The notes beneath the pieces were generated by a model. That model was not told the DNA's origin and made no database searches. It saw only the letters and a list, made by a program, of their open reading frames with translations. Of a DNA stretch of 64,000 bases, positions 62,887-64,000 are shown piece by piece. Every line of letters starts with the position of its first letter. Position 1 is the first letter of the stretch. The DNA is from Bdellovibrionales bacterium. Its GTDB lineage: Bacteria; Bdellovibrionota; Bdellovibrionia; Bdellovibrionales; JAMPXM01. The DNA is taken from NCBI GenBank assembly GCA_043784965.1, contig JAYVXS010000165.1:14834-78833 (forward strand), in the 5' to 3' direction. The position numbers and the translations under genes were made by a program.

Positions 62887-64000
62887 ATGAAAAGTGTCGG
62901 CATAGACATCGGATCACATAGCATAAAGGTCGCAGAGGTAAGCCTCACCCGAAAAAGCACCGTGGTAACGGATTTTAAAGAGTATCTTCTTTCATCCCAG
63001 CCCAATGCGGATCACAGCTTAGAGATCATTGAAACGCTACGAACTATTTCTTCTAGTTATGATTCAACTCAGACTAAATTTGTCTTGGCTGTTTCGCAAA
63101 ATAACGTCAGCGTTCGGCGCAAGTCCTTTCCGTTTCGTGAACGTCAAAAAATTATTAAAAGTTTAGCCTTCGAACTGGAAGATGAAATTCCATTTGATCT
63201 TGAAGATACCACCTTTGATGCCAAGGTATTAGAGTTTCAAAATAATACTTCTGTCGTCATGGCGTGTGCCTGCCCCAACGAAACTATAGTAGAACTTCTC
63301 GATAGGGCCAAAGAAGGCTTTGTTGACCCGGCAATTTTAAGCGTCGATGCATTCGCCTTAGCTAATCTTTTTGAAGATTGGAGTCTACCACCAAGGCAAA
63401 TTTCAACATCGGAAGATCCAGAGAAAACCCAGATCGATGCGCGAAAACGCGGGCGACTGATCCTTATGATGGGCCATCAACGCTCTTTGTTGCTCGCCTA
63501 TAATCAGGATAGTTTAGTTGCCATGCGTTCTATTCTTTGGGGCGCTAGTGATATCGCGCGAAACATTGCGCGGGCCTTTAATATTCCATTGGCAGAATCG
63601 CTTAAAGTTGTTCAGCTTCGTTGCTACCTTCTTATGAGTGATGCCGGCGCCAACAAAGATCAAATTTTGCTTTCAAATACCGTAAAAGATTCTTTAGCCG
63701 AACTCTCCCGCGAACTCAAATTTTCGATTATTGAATGGCAGACTGAAAACAACCTCTATTTTCCGCAACTCGAAATCATGGGCGGAGCCAGTCAATTACA
63801 AAATATTGCGCCTTATCTTACACAGACCTTAGAGGTGCCGGTTAATCAAACTAAGGCCTTTGAGCGAATTGCATTTTCTTTTGAACTGACGTCGGCAATA
63901 GAGGCGGCGGCGCCCGTTGCAGTTGGCCTTGCGATAGAGGGCCTTAAGACGGTAAGAAGCCCGAGTCTAAATTTAAGAAGAGGCTTATACGTAAAGCAAA
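62887..64000 (+). CDS. gspL: PilM-like actin-fold assembly protein (GspL equivalent), 3' end outside window
   Basis: Not in the ORF track because no stop is reached. I translated it by hand and it is open to nt 63999. MKSVGIDIGSHSIKVAEV..., LAFELEDEIPF and LEIMGGASQLQNIAPYL are PilM/GspL-like. Confidence 0.7.
   Translation, partial: MKSVGIDIGSHSIKVAEVSLTRKSTVVTDFKEYLLSSQPNADHSLEIIETLRTISSSYDSTQTKFVLAVSQNNVSVRRKSFPFRERQKIIKSLAFELEDEIPFDLEDTTFDAKVLEFQNNTSVVMACACPNETIVELLDRAKEGFVDPAILSVDAFALANLFEDWSLPPRQISTSEDPEKTQIDARKRGRLILMMGHQRSLLLAYNQDSLVAMRSILWGASDIARNIARAFNIPLAESLKVVQLRCYLLMSDAGANKDQILLSNTVKDSLAELSRELKFSIIEWQTENNLYFPQLEIMGGASQLQNIAPYLTQTLEVPVNQTKAFERIAFSFELTSAIEAAAPVAVGLAIEGLKTVRSPSLNLRRGLYVKQ

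Overview
The window is an AT-rich chromosomal segment (about 40% GC by eye, not computed) from a Gram-negative bacterium. The gene content resembles Bdellovibrionota/Oligoflexia-like lineages, but that placement is inference only. I can support about 60 protein genes and found no rRNA, tRNA or CRISPR array.

Housekeeping genes: rpsA, cmk, hisC, tpiA, nusB, rsmB-like, ilvA, tpx, bioY, mce, selD-selU, an M16 peptidase pair and fliL.

Larger blocks:
- A complete type II secretion cluster, gspCDEFGHIJK plus a PilM-like gspL that runs off the 3' end (52.5-64 kb).
- A type IV minor-pilin operon ending in an ~890-aa protein with a PilX-N-like N-terminus (5.1-9.7 kb).
- A bacterial topoisomerase VI B-A operon (24.0-27.1 kb).
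- A higBA toxin-antitoxin pair.
- Two tandem PaaK-like adenylating enzymes coupled to a class D (OXA-type) beta-lactamase.
- A 1055-aa mosaic secreted repeat protein.

Most unusual non-coding and structural signals:
1. A modular intergenic repeat family with at least 7 copies. One copy carries two perfect DnaA boxes.
2. An inverted pair of four-helix-bundle (Avd / 23S-IVS-protein family) genes around a 40-bp-arm palindrome. The pair is bracketed by near-identical ~85-98-bp direct repeats of that family.
3. A ~160-nt long hairpin whose mismatches stay G-U compatible only on the + strand.
4. 11-14-bp tandem arrays that each start inside the last codons and stop codon of a gene (OXA-like, pilW-like, gspF).

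No database search or computation was possible. All family calls rest on motifs read from the translations.
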